A stretch of 63,638 nt of DNA, filler included, from Octopus bimaculoides (Eukaryota), in the NCBI RefSeq assembly GCF_001194135.2. It is 5 parts of 5 records of this genome, joined end to end, with 100 filler letters (N's around TTAATTAATTAA, not from the genome) between each part and the next. Parts side by side here need not be neighbours in the genome. Positions count along the whole stretch, not along the records: positions 43,774 to 59,372 come from NC_068986.1; positions 59,473 to 61,359 come from NW_026398623.1; positions 61,460 to 63,638 come from NC_068989.1; 2 more parts are not named here. One strand, written 5' to 3'. The translations under genes and the position numbers were made by a program. Below the pieces are notes generated by a model, which was not told where the DNA came from, ran no database searches, and saw only the letters and a program-made list of their open reading frames with translations. Positions 50,052 through 62,100 of the stretch are shown here, one piece after another (position 1 is the stretch's first letter; every line of letters starts with the position of its first letter).

Positions 50052-50055
<4 letters not shown>
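49840..50055 (+). mobile_element. 3' UTR and TAA tail of the same R4/Dong-like family as 17255-17645
   Basis: ATCTCAAATTTTA...CCTAGGCATAACACC.ACATGAACTTCTAACTTG.TGTCTCTTGAGGTCTCTGGG.GAGACTTG...AAAAGTCAAACATAAAATAATAAT is the reverse complement of about 17260-17450. Confidence 0.85.
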
Positions 50056-50082
<27 letters not shown>

Positions 50083-50179
50083 AAGAAGAAGAAGAAGACA
50101 GCGATGGATGTGGTGATGGTTGTGGTGGTGGTGGCGGTGGTGGTGGTGCTGCTGCTGCTACTGCTGCTGCTGCTGTTGT

Positions 50180-50210
<31 letters not shown>

Positions 50211-50230
50211 CATGATAATGACGATGGTAG
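50053..50230. repeat. Compound (GAA)/(GGT)/(GCT)/(GAT) microsatellite; further (GAA)n at 50734-50840 and 51821-51886
   Basis: Direct reading. Confidence 0.95.
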
Positions 50231-51023
50231 AGATGATCAAAAAGGACGAAATATTTTGCTTTTTTTGACAGAAAGCCAGTGTTATTCTATAACCGCACAA
50301 CCTTCAATGAGTATGTATAAATATGATCGCGTGCGCTATATATGCGTCTATGCACAGAACTTTTGGGTTTGTAAGTCCTAATGCTTGTTTATATATATGA
50401 ACGTATGTATCAGCGTGTGTGTGTGTCTGTATGTTTGTGTGTGTGTGCGTGTGTGTGTTTATATACGTGCACCGAGTGTGTGTTTATATATGCATTCATC
50501 TCTTTTGAGACTCCTTAGTTTCACATTTATATATGTACTTTTATGCCCCTGTGTTTGTGTGTGTGTGTTTGTGTGTGTGTGCATGTGCTAGTGTGTGCGC
50601 GTGCGGGCTTGTGTGAGTGTTAATGTTGTCTATAATTGAGTTCGGATGTGTATAACTGAAAGAGAAAGGAAGCAAAAGAAATTGGAGACGAAGGGAAAGA
50701 TGGGGGAGACTGAAAGTAAGGAATCGAAGGATGGAAGAAGAAGAAGAAGAAGAAGAAGAAGAAGAAGAAGAAGAAGAAGAAGAAGAAGAAGAAGAAGAAG
50801 AAGAAGAAGAAGAAGAAGAAGAAGAAGAAGAAGAAGAAGAACTCTCGATTGGGGAAGAAAAGGATGGAAGATCTGTCTGTAAGTTGGAGATGTTTTTGAA
50901 GAGTGTATAGATAGACGGATACATAAGTGTAGAATGATACAGACATGTAATATATACATACACACACACACGTATATATATACATATACATACTTGTGTA
51001 TGTATATGCATATAAATACATGA

Positions 51024-51054
<31 letters not shown>

Positions 51055-51457
51055 TATATAAACACATACAAGTATGTGCATATACAAAGTAATATGCAGT
51101 GTATAAATCTGCGTGTGGAAGATGTATGCATAAACAACACCAATAAGTGATAGTGTGTTTATAAGTAGCGATGACCAAGCTGAGAAGAGGTGCTGTGAAG
51201 AGTCAAGGGAGATAATATGATATTGAAACTAGTGTAAGCTGCATAAAAAAGAAAAGGTGAGTTTATGTGTGAAATAAGAGGGAAAGAGAGAAAGGGCAAA
51301 AGGATAGTAGTGTGGTAGGGGGCTGAAAAGTCGCACCGTGGGAGGAGTAAGAGGAGTAGGGGTAAGGAAAGAAGGAATGAGAGTGTTAAGCTAGCAGAAG
51401 AGTGTCAGGTAGTACGGGGCATTTAATAGATTCTTATAAGGACATGAATGTGATGTG

Positions 51458-51521
<64 letters not shown>

Positions 51522-52028
51522 NNNNNNNNNNNNNNNNNNNNNNNNNNNNNNNNNNNNNNNNNNNNNNNNNNNNNNNNNNNNNNNNNNNNNNNNNNNNNNN
51601 NNNNNNNNNNNNNNNNNNNNNNNNNNNNNNNNNNNNNNNNNNNNNNNNNNNNNNNNNNNNNNNNNNNNNNNNNNNNNNNNNNNNNNNNNNNNNNNNNNNN
51701 NNNNNNNNNNNNNNNNNNNNNNNNNNNNNNNNNNNNNNNNNNNNNNNNNNNNNNNNNNNNNNNNNNNNNNNNNNNNNNNNNNNNNNNNNNNNNNNNNNNN
51801 NNNNNNNNNNNNNNNNNNNNGAAGAAGAAGAAGAAGAAGAAGAAGAAGAAGAAGAAGAAGAAGAAGAAGAAGAAGAAGAAGAAGAAATCATTGCAAAGAG
51901 AAAACCTAAGAAAACGATAAAGAAATGAAGTAAGGAAAGAAGGAAGGAAGAAAAGAAGGAAAAAGATAATGAAAGAAGAAAAATATAATTAAAAAAGACA
52001 TATAGATATATACATACATACATTTATG

Positions 52029-52066
<38 letters not shown>

Positions 52067-52074
52067 CATAAATG

Positions 52075-52260
52075 TGGGGGAGACATGAATGCACACGTGG
52101 AAATGAGCAGTCGGTGAATTGGCTTTTTAAAGGGCTCTATTGGGGATATGATTGTTGGAGACGTGCCCGGGGTACCAAACCAATGTAGACTTTTTCTCCG
52201 TTGACGCATCTCTGCCAGAAGCACCTGCAGTTTGGGGAAAAAGTTTTTAAGTCGACATCA
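52075..52260 (+). mobile_element. Possible very decayed LINE AP-endonuclease fragment
   Basis: WGDMNAHV resembles GDFNAHVG, followed by GLYWGY...GT..M*TF resembling G.HGGYG...GTRLLEF. Short and frameshifted. Confidence 0.3.
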
Positions 52261-52599
52261 CCCATCAGATCGTCTAGGAATTGGGAGATGTAATACACCC
52301 CACTCCACCTCCACCTCATCCTTCTCTTTCTTCTCCTTCGGCTCCTCAGATTTTTCTTAGCTTCTTCTTCTTCTTCTTCTTCTACTTCTTCTTCTTCTTC
52401 TTCTTCTTCTCGTCTAATATACATGTATATGTTATTTATATGTCTATATTTATGTAATACGTGTGTATATGTGTGTATACGTGTGTATATGTGTGTATAC
52501 GTGTATGCATTCATGTACGCATATGTTATAAACATATATATAGAAACATATATGAAGTATCTATATAGTTAATGTTTTTGTATATATCTATATATATTC

Positions 52600-52978
52600 T
52601 TTTTATTCTTTGTATTCTATTTACTTGTTTCAATCATTTGACTACGGCCATGCTGGGGCACTGCTTTTCGTCGAGCAAATCGACTCGGGACTTTTTCTTT
52701 CTAAGCCCAGTATTCTATCGGCCTCTTTTGCCGAACCGTTAAATTACGGGGGACAAATACAGACAAAAATATACACACACATACACATACACATACCCCT
52801 CACCACACACACATATGATGTGCTTCTTTCAGTTTCCGTTTACCAAATCCACTCACAAGGTTTTGGTCGGCCCGAGGCTATAGTACAACACACTAGCACA
52901 AGGTGCCACGCTGTGGCACTGTGCCCGTTACCATGTGGTTGGTGAGCAAGCTACTAACCACATTGGCACTCCTGAGCC
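52600..52978 (-). mobile_element. SINE family B, full length
   Basis: CAATCATTTGACTACGGCCATGCTGGGGCAC...CCAAATCCACTCACAAGG...AAGGTGCCACGCTGTGG...AGCAAGCTACTAACCAC. Confidence 0.9.
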
Positions 52979-53106
52979 TATATATATANNNNNNNNNNNN
53001 NNNNNNNNNNNNNNNNNNNNNNNNNNNNNNNNNNNNNNNNNNNNNNNNNNNNNNNNNNNNNNNNNNNNNNNNNNNNNNNNNNNNNNNNNNNNNNNNNNNN
53101 NNNNNN

Positions 53107-53147
<41 letters not shown>

Positions 53148-53155
53148 TAAATACG

Positions 53156-53201
<46 letters not shown>

Positions 53202-53231
53202 TGTGCGTGTGTGTGTGTGTGTTTGTGTGTA

Positions 53232-53565
53232 TCATTTTACTCCTTTGTTCAAGTCATTTGACTGTGGTCATGGTGGAGAATTGCCTCAAGAGTTTTTAGT
53301 GGAACAAATCGACCCCAGGACTTAATCTTTATAAGCTTAGTACTTATGCTATCGGTTCTTTTTGCCGACCGTTAAGTTACTAGGACGTAAATACAGCAGT
53401 ATCGGTTGTCAAGTGATGAGGGGCACAAACAGAGACACAAACACGCAAATACATATATATATATTAATATACGACTGGCTTCTTTCAGTTTCTGTCTACC
53501 AAATCCACTCACAAAGTTGATAGGCTATAGAAGAAGACACTTATCCAAGATGCCACGCTGTGGGA
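53232..53565 (-). mobile_element. SINE family B with a truncated head, fused to a DD37D fragment
   Basis: GTCATTTGACTGTGGTCATG...GCTTCTTTCAGTTTCTGTCTACCAAATCCACTCAC...GATGCCACGCTGTGGGAC. Confidence 0.85.
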
Positions 53566-54226
53566 CCCTTCTGAAGTTCCAAATATATGCAGGCCCTTCT
53601 GAAGTTCCAAATGTCATTCATACAAAATTTCCAGCAACTGTCATGGTTTTAGGGGTTGTCTGCAATGAAAGATATATAATGCCTCCTTACTTCTTTCCAC
53701 AAGCCTTTAGAGTTAACTCTACCGCCTACACTGAGGTCCTGGAAATAATTGTTAAGCCCTAGATAGAGAGTGTATGCAATGGAAGACCATGTGTGTTTCA
53801 GTAAGAGTCTGCACAATCACATGTAACTCTAGTGACACAGGAATGGATGGCTGAAAATTTTCATGATCACATGACCCTTAACATTTGGCCTCCCAATTCC
53901 CTATATCTTAATCAATTGGATATTACATGTAGAGCGTTGTTGAGAGAGAGGTCAATAAACACGTCCATAACACCAAAGATTCTATGAAAGCTGCCATAGC
54001 CAGAGTAATGTCCAAAATGATCCAGGACCGCTTGATTCAAGCTTGTAAATGATTTAGATTTCATTTTAAAGCAGTCGTTGAAACTGAAGGTAGCTTTATT
54101 GAATAGCATTATAGAAAAGGGTTATTTTTATCCTCATGACATTTTTTGATGAATAAAGCTATTATCTGTTATTCTGTTTTTGTTATATAAACATAAATCT
54201 GACCTCAATTATCTTACGCACCTATT

Positions 54227-54228
<2 letters not shown>
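53566..54228 (+). mobile_element. DD37D-like Tc1/mariner 3' half (degenerate)
   Basis: SEVPNVIHTKFPATVMVLGVV...IMPPYFFPQ...VLEIIVKP*I...VTQEWMAENFHDH...NIWPPNS. It ends GACCTCAATTATCTTACGCACCTA, which is TIR-like. Confidence 0.85.
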
Positions 54229-54260
<32 letters not shown>

Positions 54261-54329
54261 TGTGTGTGTATGTATGTTCATTATGTTGAACCGTTAATAC
54301 CAACACATTTTTTCTCTGTCTCCGTTTCT

Positions 54330-54490
54330 TTTCTTTTTTTGATCTCTCTCCTTTTTTTTCCTCGCAAACGTTTCCGTCGAATTGCGTAGACTCGAAACGT
54401 CGAAAACTTTTCCTTTCTTCCCGAGCGTCAAACAAATACAACTGCTTGCTGTTCCATCACCTGTTATTGTCTTTCGTTTCCTGTACAGTT
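54330..54490 (+). mobile_element. Repeat family D with a decayed hammerhead-like motif (54374-54401)
   Basis: CCGTCGA-ATTGCGTAGACTC-GAAACGTC, followed by sequence homologous to the reverse complement of 44525-44640. Confidence 0.55.
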
Positions 54491-55386
54491 TAATTATGTA
54501 CGCATATATATTTGTGTGNNNNNNNNNNNNNNNNNNNNNNNNNNNNNNNNNNNNNNNNNNNNNNNNNNNNNNNNNNNNNNNNNNNNNNNNNNNNNNNNNN
54601 NNNNNNNNNNNNNNNNNNNNNNNNNNNNNNNNNNNNNNNNNNNNNNNNNNNNNNNNNNNNNNNNNNNNNNNNNNNNNNNNNNNNNNNNNNNNNNNNNNNN
54701 NNNNNNNNNNNNNNNNNNNNNNNNNNNNNNNNNNNNNNNNNNNNNNNNNNNNNNNNNNNNNNNNNNNNNNNNNNNNNNNNNNNNNNNNNNNNNNNNNNNN
54801 NNNNNNNNNNNNNNNNNNNNNNNNNNNNNNNNNNNNNNNNNNNNNNNNNNNNNNNNNNNNNNNNNNNNNNNNNNNNNNNNNNNNNNNNNNNNNNNNNNNN
54901 NNNNNNNNNNNNNNNNNNNNNNNNNNNNNNNNNNNNNNNNNNNNNNNNNNNNNNNNNNNNNNNNNNNNNNNNNNNNNNNNNNNNNNNNNNNNNNNNNNNN
55001 NNNNNNNNNNNNNNNNNNNNNNNNNNNNNNNNNNNNNNNNNNNNNNNNNNNNNNNNNNNNNNNNNNNNNNNNNNNNNNNNNNNNNNNNNNNNNNNNNNNN
55101 NNNNNNNNNNNNNNNNNNNNNNNNNNNNNNNNNNNNNNNNNNNNNNNNNNNNNNNNNNNNNNNNNNNNNNNNNNNNNNNNNNNNNNNNNNNNNNNNNNNN
55201 NNNNNNNNNNNNNNNNNNNNNNNNNNNNNNNNNNNNNNNNNNNNNNNNNNNNNNNNNNNNNNNNNNNNNNNNNNNNNNNNNNNNNNNNNNNNNNNNNNNN
55301 NNNNNNNNNNNNNNNNNNNNNNNNNNNNNNNNNNNNNNNNNNNNNNNNNNNNNNNNNNNNNNNNNNNNNNNNNNNNNNNNNNNNNN

Positions 55387-55575
55387 CATCTCTCTCTCTC
55401 TCTCTCATCTCCCTCTCTCTCATCTCCCTCTCTCTCATCTCTCTCTCTCTCTCTCATCTCCCTCTCTCTCATCTCCCTCTCTCTCATCTCTCTCTCTCTC
55501 TCTCTCTCATCTCCCTCTCTCTCATTTCCCTCTCTCTCATCTCCCTCTCTCTCTCTCTCTCCCTCTCTCTCTCTT
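55387..55575. repeat. (CT)n-derived 15-bp unit ATCTCCCTCTCTCTC
   Basis: Direct reading. Confidence 0.9.
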
Positions 55576-55719
55576 TCACTCTTCCTCCATAATTATGTGC
55601 ATGATTATGTCGGGGGTGGTGTGTTTAACTAGAACTAATCCATTCTTTTCAATGCCAGGAAATATTTCGACCCATTAAGTATTTATCTGCTACAAAACTT
55701 ATGAGGTTCTTCACCCTCA

Positions 55720-55900
55720 TTTTGAGATATGCTGCTGCCAAATACTCAGATATTCAAGAGAACGCCCTTAGTAAATTGGCTTTATTCGTTGATACGAAAT
55801 TGCTCACCGACACTTCTCTCGCTGTCTTTTATTCCACTACCACAGAAGACTACGACTTCAGAGCTCTGTCAGTTACATGCCATCGGTAATTAGGTATTAT
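55720..55900 (+). mobile_element. Possible decayed L2/CR1/Jockey-type LINE C-terminal fragment
   Basis: IQENA...LLTDTSLAVFY...YH is reminiscent of IQ.RA.RLI...L.D.L...SLSLFYRYY. Weak. Confidence 0.3.
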
Positions 55901-56299
55901 GAACTTACTTTCCTCTCCCTGTCACTGAAATTTAACCTCCACCAGACATAGTTATGCTGTTATCTTGTCGTCAGATGGCTGTAGAAAGGTAGATTCTTCG
56001 TAAAACGATGGATTTTTTCACTTGCTGTGATTTGGTCATTTAATCAAATATCAACTATCATCAAAGGAAGGTATTTCAATCGTGATCACATGTAATCTAT
56101 CTCAGTGATAGTGTATCTCGGACTACATTATTCAATGCGCTCTTCCTTTATTTAGACAGAAGAAGAATGATCAAAAGCTTTCCACCCGTGACAAGGGTGT
56201 CTCTTCCATTGTTTTCAGACACGGCGTATCGCAAACTATATTATTCTGTGTCCTTCATCGTTTTGCAAGAGAATAAATGGAGATTTGACTTTCTTTTTT

Positions 56300-56480
56300 T
56301 TGTTGACTCGCCGTCTTCACGGAGTTCGATGTGAACAACGTCGTGGATTTCGTCGCTGCAGTTATAGTGCAGAATGAGACCAAACCTACTCAAGTAGTCC
56401 AATAATGACAGACGTTCCATCCGTGAACTTCCTGCAAGTTTTGGACTTGTCAGTACTACATTACGAAATGTGTCCCTTAT
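56300..56480 (+). mobile_element. Possible decayed mariner second HTH region
   Basis: DVNNVVDFVAAVIVQNE...DRRSIRELPASFGLVSTTLRNV resembles N...V...I..DRR.T.RE.A..LG.S..T...I. Confidence 0.35.
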
Positions 56481-56904
56481 TTATTGCAGACAGTGGAGGC
56501 AGTGGATGATTTGAGGGAGAGATTTTGGCTATTATTTTTTCTTCTAGCAGAATGAGCGTAAACGAAGAAGTTCCTTCATTGGCGTACACATTGATTGGTC
56601 GGTTGAGTGGGTTAAATGATAAAGTGTTTAATTGGTTTGTCGGGTACATTGATCGCTGCTTGATTAGTTTGTTTCATGGTTGATTCGTCTTCAATTTATT
56701 TCATTCTAAATCTTTATTTTATCCTTTTTTTTTTTTTTAGTTATCTTCATTTTATTATTTCAGTGTTTTTTTTTTTTTTGGTGGGGGGGTTTGGGACATT
56801 CTGGTGATTTGCTTTTAAATTTTATATATTTTTACCAGTTTAAAATTCCCTTTCTTTTTTTCCCAAACATTTTGGCTGCTGGTGTTGTTGCCTGAGTCTG
56901 TTGA

Positions 56905-57990
<1,086 letters not shown>

Positions 57991-58874
57991 CAATTGAAAA
58001 AAGTTCTCGAGAGTTCTATCACAATTAACGTTCTCATGTAGGCTGGGCGACAACAACTCTGTCATTCTTTTCTTTTTGTCTTCTTCCCTTGCCAAGTGTA
58101 ATTATCGCGTTAATTAAACATGTATTCTCTGTGAACACATTACAGCCGTCTTTTGTCTAAGACACCCTAACCAAGTAATTCTATTGATTCAGGGCCAGGC
58201 CATTTACTTCATAAGACGTTCCTTCCTACATCTTCAACCATCGGCATTTATTGCTATTGTTCTTGTCTGTATTTAAAGTGGTCTTTAAATACTACTTGTT
58301 TCATTTCTTCTTCCTCCTCTTGTCGCTGATATTGTTGGCGATGGCAGACATTTTATTGTTTTCACTTCTAACTTTATTGCTATCCTTTCTCTTCTTGATG
58401 TTGTTCAGTTTCACATCAATCGTGATTAGGTAGACCTGTGATCAAAGGCATTCCAGCCTTGACTATCCTGTCTTTTTGAGCGTATCTAATATCACTTTGT
58501 TGACAGTAACCTACACATCCTTATTTTTTTGCGCTATTATATTTTGACAGCATATGACTGCTGTTTCTAGCAACTAAGTAGAGGCACTCCCCGTTTTTGA
58601 TAATAATCTGGATGATAGATTTTTGATATTTCCTTACTGTTTTTGTTCTGGTTTAGGCCCAGGTTCAACTGTTATTCTGCAGACCGACAATCAAAGGTGT
58701 TCCAGTCATAATTATATCTACTTTAAATTATTTTTCTGTGACTATATTGTCCAATAAGACCTTCCGTTTGAAAGACGTTTGATTGTGATTTGAGGGAAGT
58801 TTGACTACTATTTCTAGCGAACCTAACAAAACCGTAGAGGTTACTGCCTAGTCTCACTGTCCTTTATTTCATTG

Positions 58875-59350
58875 CTGCTCCGAGAACAAAGGTTCGAAAA
58901 CTTTCATCAGAACTCCAAACATCTCGCACAATTGTTTTTTGATATCTTTAAAAAAATTGGAAAACAAATAGGTTTGTTCCACATCAACTGAATGAGATTT
59001 AAAGAAACAGCCGCCTCGAAGTGTGCTCGTTATTACTTTCCTGACTGGAAAAAGACAATCTTTGCATCAAATCATTACATATGATGAGAATTGGATACTC
59101 TTTGACAACAGCAGAACAGGACAGTGATTAGATACAAGAGAGTCACCTAAATACTACCCAAACCCACCATTGCACCTTGAAAAGTTAGTGGTCAGTGCAT
59201 GGTGGTCTGCGAAGGGAGTTATTCATTAGTATTTTTGCAAAAAGGAAAAACGGTAACAGCAACATCGAATTGCTCGGAAATTGATTGTATGCATGGGAAT
59301 TTGAAAAAGAAACACAGACTAGTGAATAGAGATAGCCCAATTTTGTTCCA
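58875..59350 (+). mobile_element. Mariner transposase central fragment (degenerate)
   Basis: FVPHQLNE, IITYDENWILFDN, LHLEKLVVSAWWSAKGVIH and GKTVTA...LVNRDSPIL match WVPHEL, ITCDEKWILYDN, KK.MV.VWWS..GVIHY and LVNR..PIL. Confidence 0.85.
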
Positions 59351-59372
59351 GTGGAGGAGGTGGGGGAGGAGG

Positions 59373-59472
59373 NNNNNNNNNNNNNNNNNNNNNNNNNNNN
59401 NNNNNNNNNNNNNNNNTTAATTAATTAANNNNNNNNNNNNNNNNNNNNNNNNNNNNNNNNNNNNNNNNNNNN
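59373..59472. other. Artificial scaffold-join linker 44N-TTAATTAATTAA-44N
   Basis: Same construct. It supplies the apparent stop of ORF 59421-59891. Confidence 0.9.
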
Positions 59473-59900
59473 TCAGATTGTACAATAATACCATTCATAT
59501 TTCTAAATTGTTTAATTTTAATAGCTAAATTTGTTAAATAATCATTATGTCTATTTGGATATTTATGAAATTTAATATTTTTCACTAATTTCCAAATACT
59601 ATCCTCTAAAATCTGTAAATCCCTATTATACGGTGGTTCTATTCTGGATTTAAATTTAGAATTAATGTAATTTAAATTATCTACATCATGAACATTACTA
59701 ATATTAGTAATATTATTAAAATAAGCTTTCCATTTCATTCTAGTAATAAATTCTTTAATATCATTAATAAGTTTCAAAATATATTCCTTTCTAGATGGGA
59801 TGGGGATATCCTTCAAAGATGAATTCCAAAACAGTGGCTCAATCCTACCTGTAAATTCCATAATCAACGAAAATTTGAAAGTTAAATACAAACAACAAAC
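59473..59900 (-). mobile_element. Penelope-like element ORF N-terminal region (open reading frame, cut by scaffold end)
   Basis: SLKDIPIPSRKEYILKLINDIKEFITRMKWKAYF...KFKSRIEPP...LEDSIWKLVKNIKF...GIIVQS fits the recalled PLE N-terminus SLKNIPIP...Y...LI.K...FI.RMRWKA.F...GFKS...PP...NI.F...V.ADK. Confidence 0.75.
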
Positions 59901-61359
59901 GTTAATTATAAATTAGAAAATTATAATAATATTAGGGACAAAATCCATAAATTACAGGTAAAAATCAATTTATAAAAAATTAAAATTAAATTGAGATTTA
60001 TAGATAAATTATATATAAAATATATAGTTTTAGGGAAAATAACCAAGTTTCAAGAACTCATCGATGAAAATCCACTATCACATAGAGAAAAATTAATAAT
60101 TAAAAGTACAATAAATGAGTCTTATATAAAGTAAAGTAAATATNNNNNNNNNNNNNNNNNNNNNNNNNNNNNNNNNNNNNNNNNNNNNNNNNNNNNNNNN
60201 NNNNNNNNNNNNNNNNNNNNNNNNNNNNNNNNNNNNNNNNNNNNNNNNNNNNNNNNNNNNNNNNNNNNNNNNNNNNNNNNNNNNNNNNNNNNNNNNNNNN
60301 NNNNNNNNNNNNNNNNNNNNNNNNNNNNNNNNNNNNNNNNNNNNNNNNNNNNNNNNNNNNNNNNNNNNNNNNNNNNNNNNNNNNNNNNNNNNNNNNNNNN
60401 NNNNNNNNNNNNNNNNNNNNNNNNNNNNNNNNNNNNNNNNNNNNNNNNNNNNNNNNNNNNNNNNNNNNNNNNNNNNNNNNNNNNNNNNNNNNNNNNNNNN
60501 NNNNNNNNNNNNNNNNNNNNNNNNNNNNNNNNNNNNNNNNNNNNNNNNNNNNNNNNNNNNNNNNNNNNNNNNNNNNNNNNNNNNNNNNNNNNNNNNNNNN
60601 NNNNNNNNNNNNNNNNNNNNNNNNNNNNNNNNNNNNNNNNNNNNNNNNNNNNNNNNNNNNNNNNNNNNNNNNNNNNNNNNNNNNNNNNNNNNNNNNNNNN
60701 NNNNNNNNNNNNNNNNNNNNNNNNNNNNNNNNNNNNNNNNNNNNNNNNNNNNNNNNNNNNNNNNNNNNNNNNNNNNNNNNNNNNNNNNNNNNNNNNNNNN
60801 NNNNNNNNNNNTATATATACATACGTCATTATTTAGTTTTATTCCAAGATACCTTGGCAATAGAGAAACAGCCCGATTTTTTACCCTAGATCTTAGGCTC
60901 TTTCGTTGGAATTTAAATATCAATGGCATGGTAGTTTTGTATGAATGTATGTATTTTTGTATGTTTGAATATTCATAAATACAAATCAGTAATTACAGAA
61001 TTGAAATCCGTGTGACGTTACAGAGGCTGTTCATCTATCCCAAATTATCTAACGGTGTATAATTACATCGCCATTTGAAATGCCACTACAGAATCAAATG
61101 GGATTTCCGTAATTGTAATTGATTCCATAATAATTATCACTAATAGTAAAGGAAATAGTTCGTGTTAGACGCATACGTGCATGCCGAATATGTAGCACGG
61201 CGGTTACTTTCTAAACACAAGTTACAGTCTGCTTCTCTACCAGACGCCATATACCTGGAATGGCTTATCGTCCGGAGTCAAGCGATTCCGGATAATGATA
61301 CTAATATTATTGGCTGCTTGTGTCATATTATACAGAGAGAGAGAGAGAGAGAGAGAGAG

Positions 61360-61459
61360 NNNNNNNNNNNNNNNNNNNNNNNNNNNNNNNNNNNNNNNNN
61401 NNNTTAATTAATTAANNNNNNNNNNNNNNNNNNNNNNNNNNNNNNNNNNNNNNNNNNNN
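61360..61459. other. Artificial scaffold-join linker 44N-TTAATTAATTAA-44N
   Basis: Same construct. Confidence 0.9.
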
Positions 61460-61904
61460 CCCCCACCTCGTTTTCACTCAACCTTGAATTTTACTTCTTA
61501 TATTTTCTCCTTCAATTATTTTCAAATTTTCTGCAAATCATTTCCCACATTTTTCATGTGTGTGAATATGTGTGTATGTAGGTATGTATGTGCGTGTGTG
61601 TGAGAGAGAGAGAGGGGGAGAGAGAGAAGAGAGCGGGTGAGAGAGGGTGAGAGAGGGTGAGAGAGACTGTATATGTATGCTTATATGCTTATATGTGTTT
61701 GTGTGTATGTGTGTGTTTTTGTCTATGTATACCAATATATGGTTTTCTGTTCATCTCTATGTGTTTATCTTTCAATGTATTTGTATGTGTCCTTTAGGTA
61801 CGAGTGTCAGCGTGTACCCGTGTAGTATGCCTACATGTGGAGTGCTTAAGCCTATTTGATTGCTAATTGCTTATATGTAGGCGTAGAGTGGTTGGATGTT
61901 TTGT

Positions 61905-62100
61905 CCTTTTTCTTGTTTCAGTCAATTGACTGTGGGCCATGCTGGGGCACCACCTTGAAGGATTTTAGTCGAACAAATTGACCCCAGGACTTACTTTTTG
62001 AGCCTAGTATTCTATCGTTTCTGTTGCCGAACCGCTAAGTTACGGAAACGTAAACACACCAATACCGTTTATCCAGCGGTGATGGGAAGACAACCACAGA
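61905..62100 (-). mobile_element. SINE family B, 3' half
   Basis: GTTTCAGTCAATTGACTGTGGGCCATGCTGGGGCACC...GCCGAACCGCTAAGTTACGG...AAACACACC. Confidence 0.85.

Noticed and set aside
52137-52300. Minus-strand peptide GVYYISQFLDDLMGDVDLKTFSPNCRCFWQRCVNGEKVYIGLVPRARLQ that looks protein-like
   Set aside because: There is no polypyrimidine acceptor on that strand and I recognise no family. The opposite strand weakly resembles a LINE endonuclease. A BLASTX hit or spliced reads would revive it.
59421-59891. 156-aa ORF as a complete host gene
   Set aside because: It matches a Penelope-like ORF N-terminus, and its stop comes from the artificial linker.
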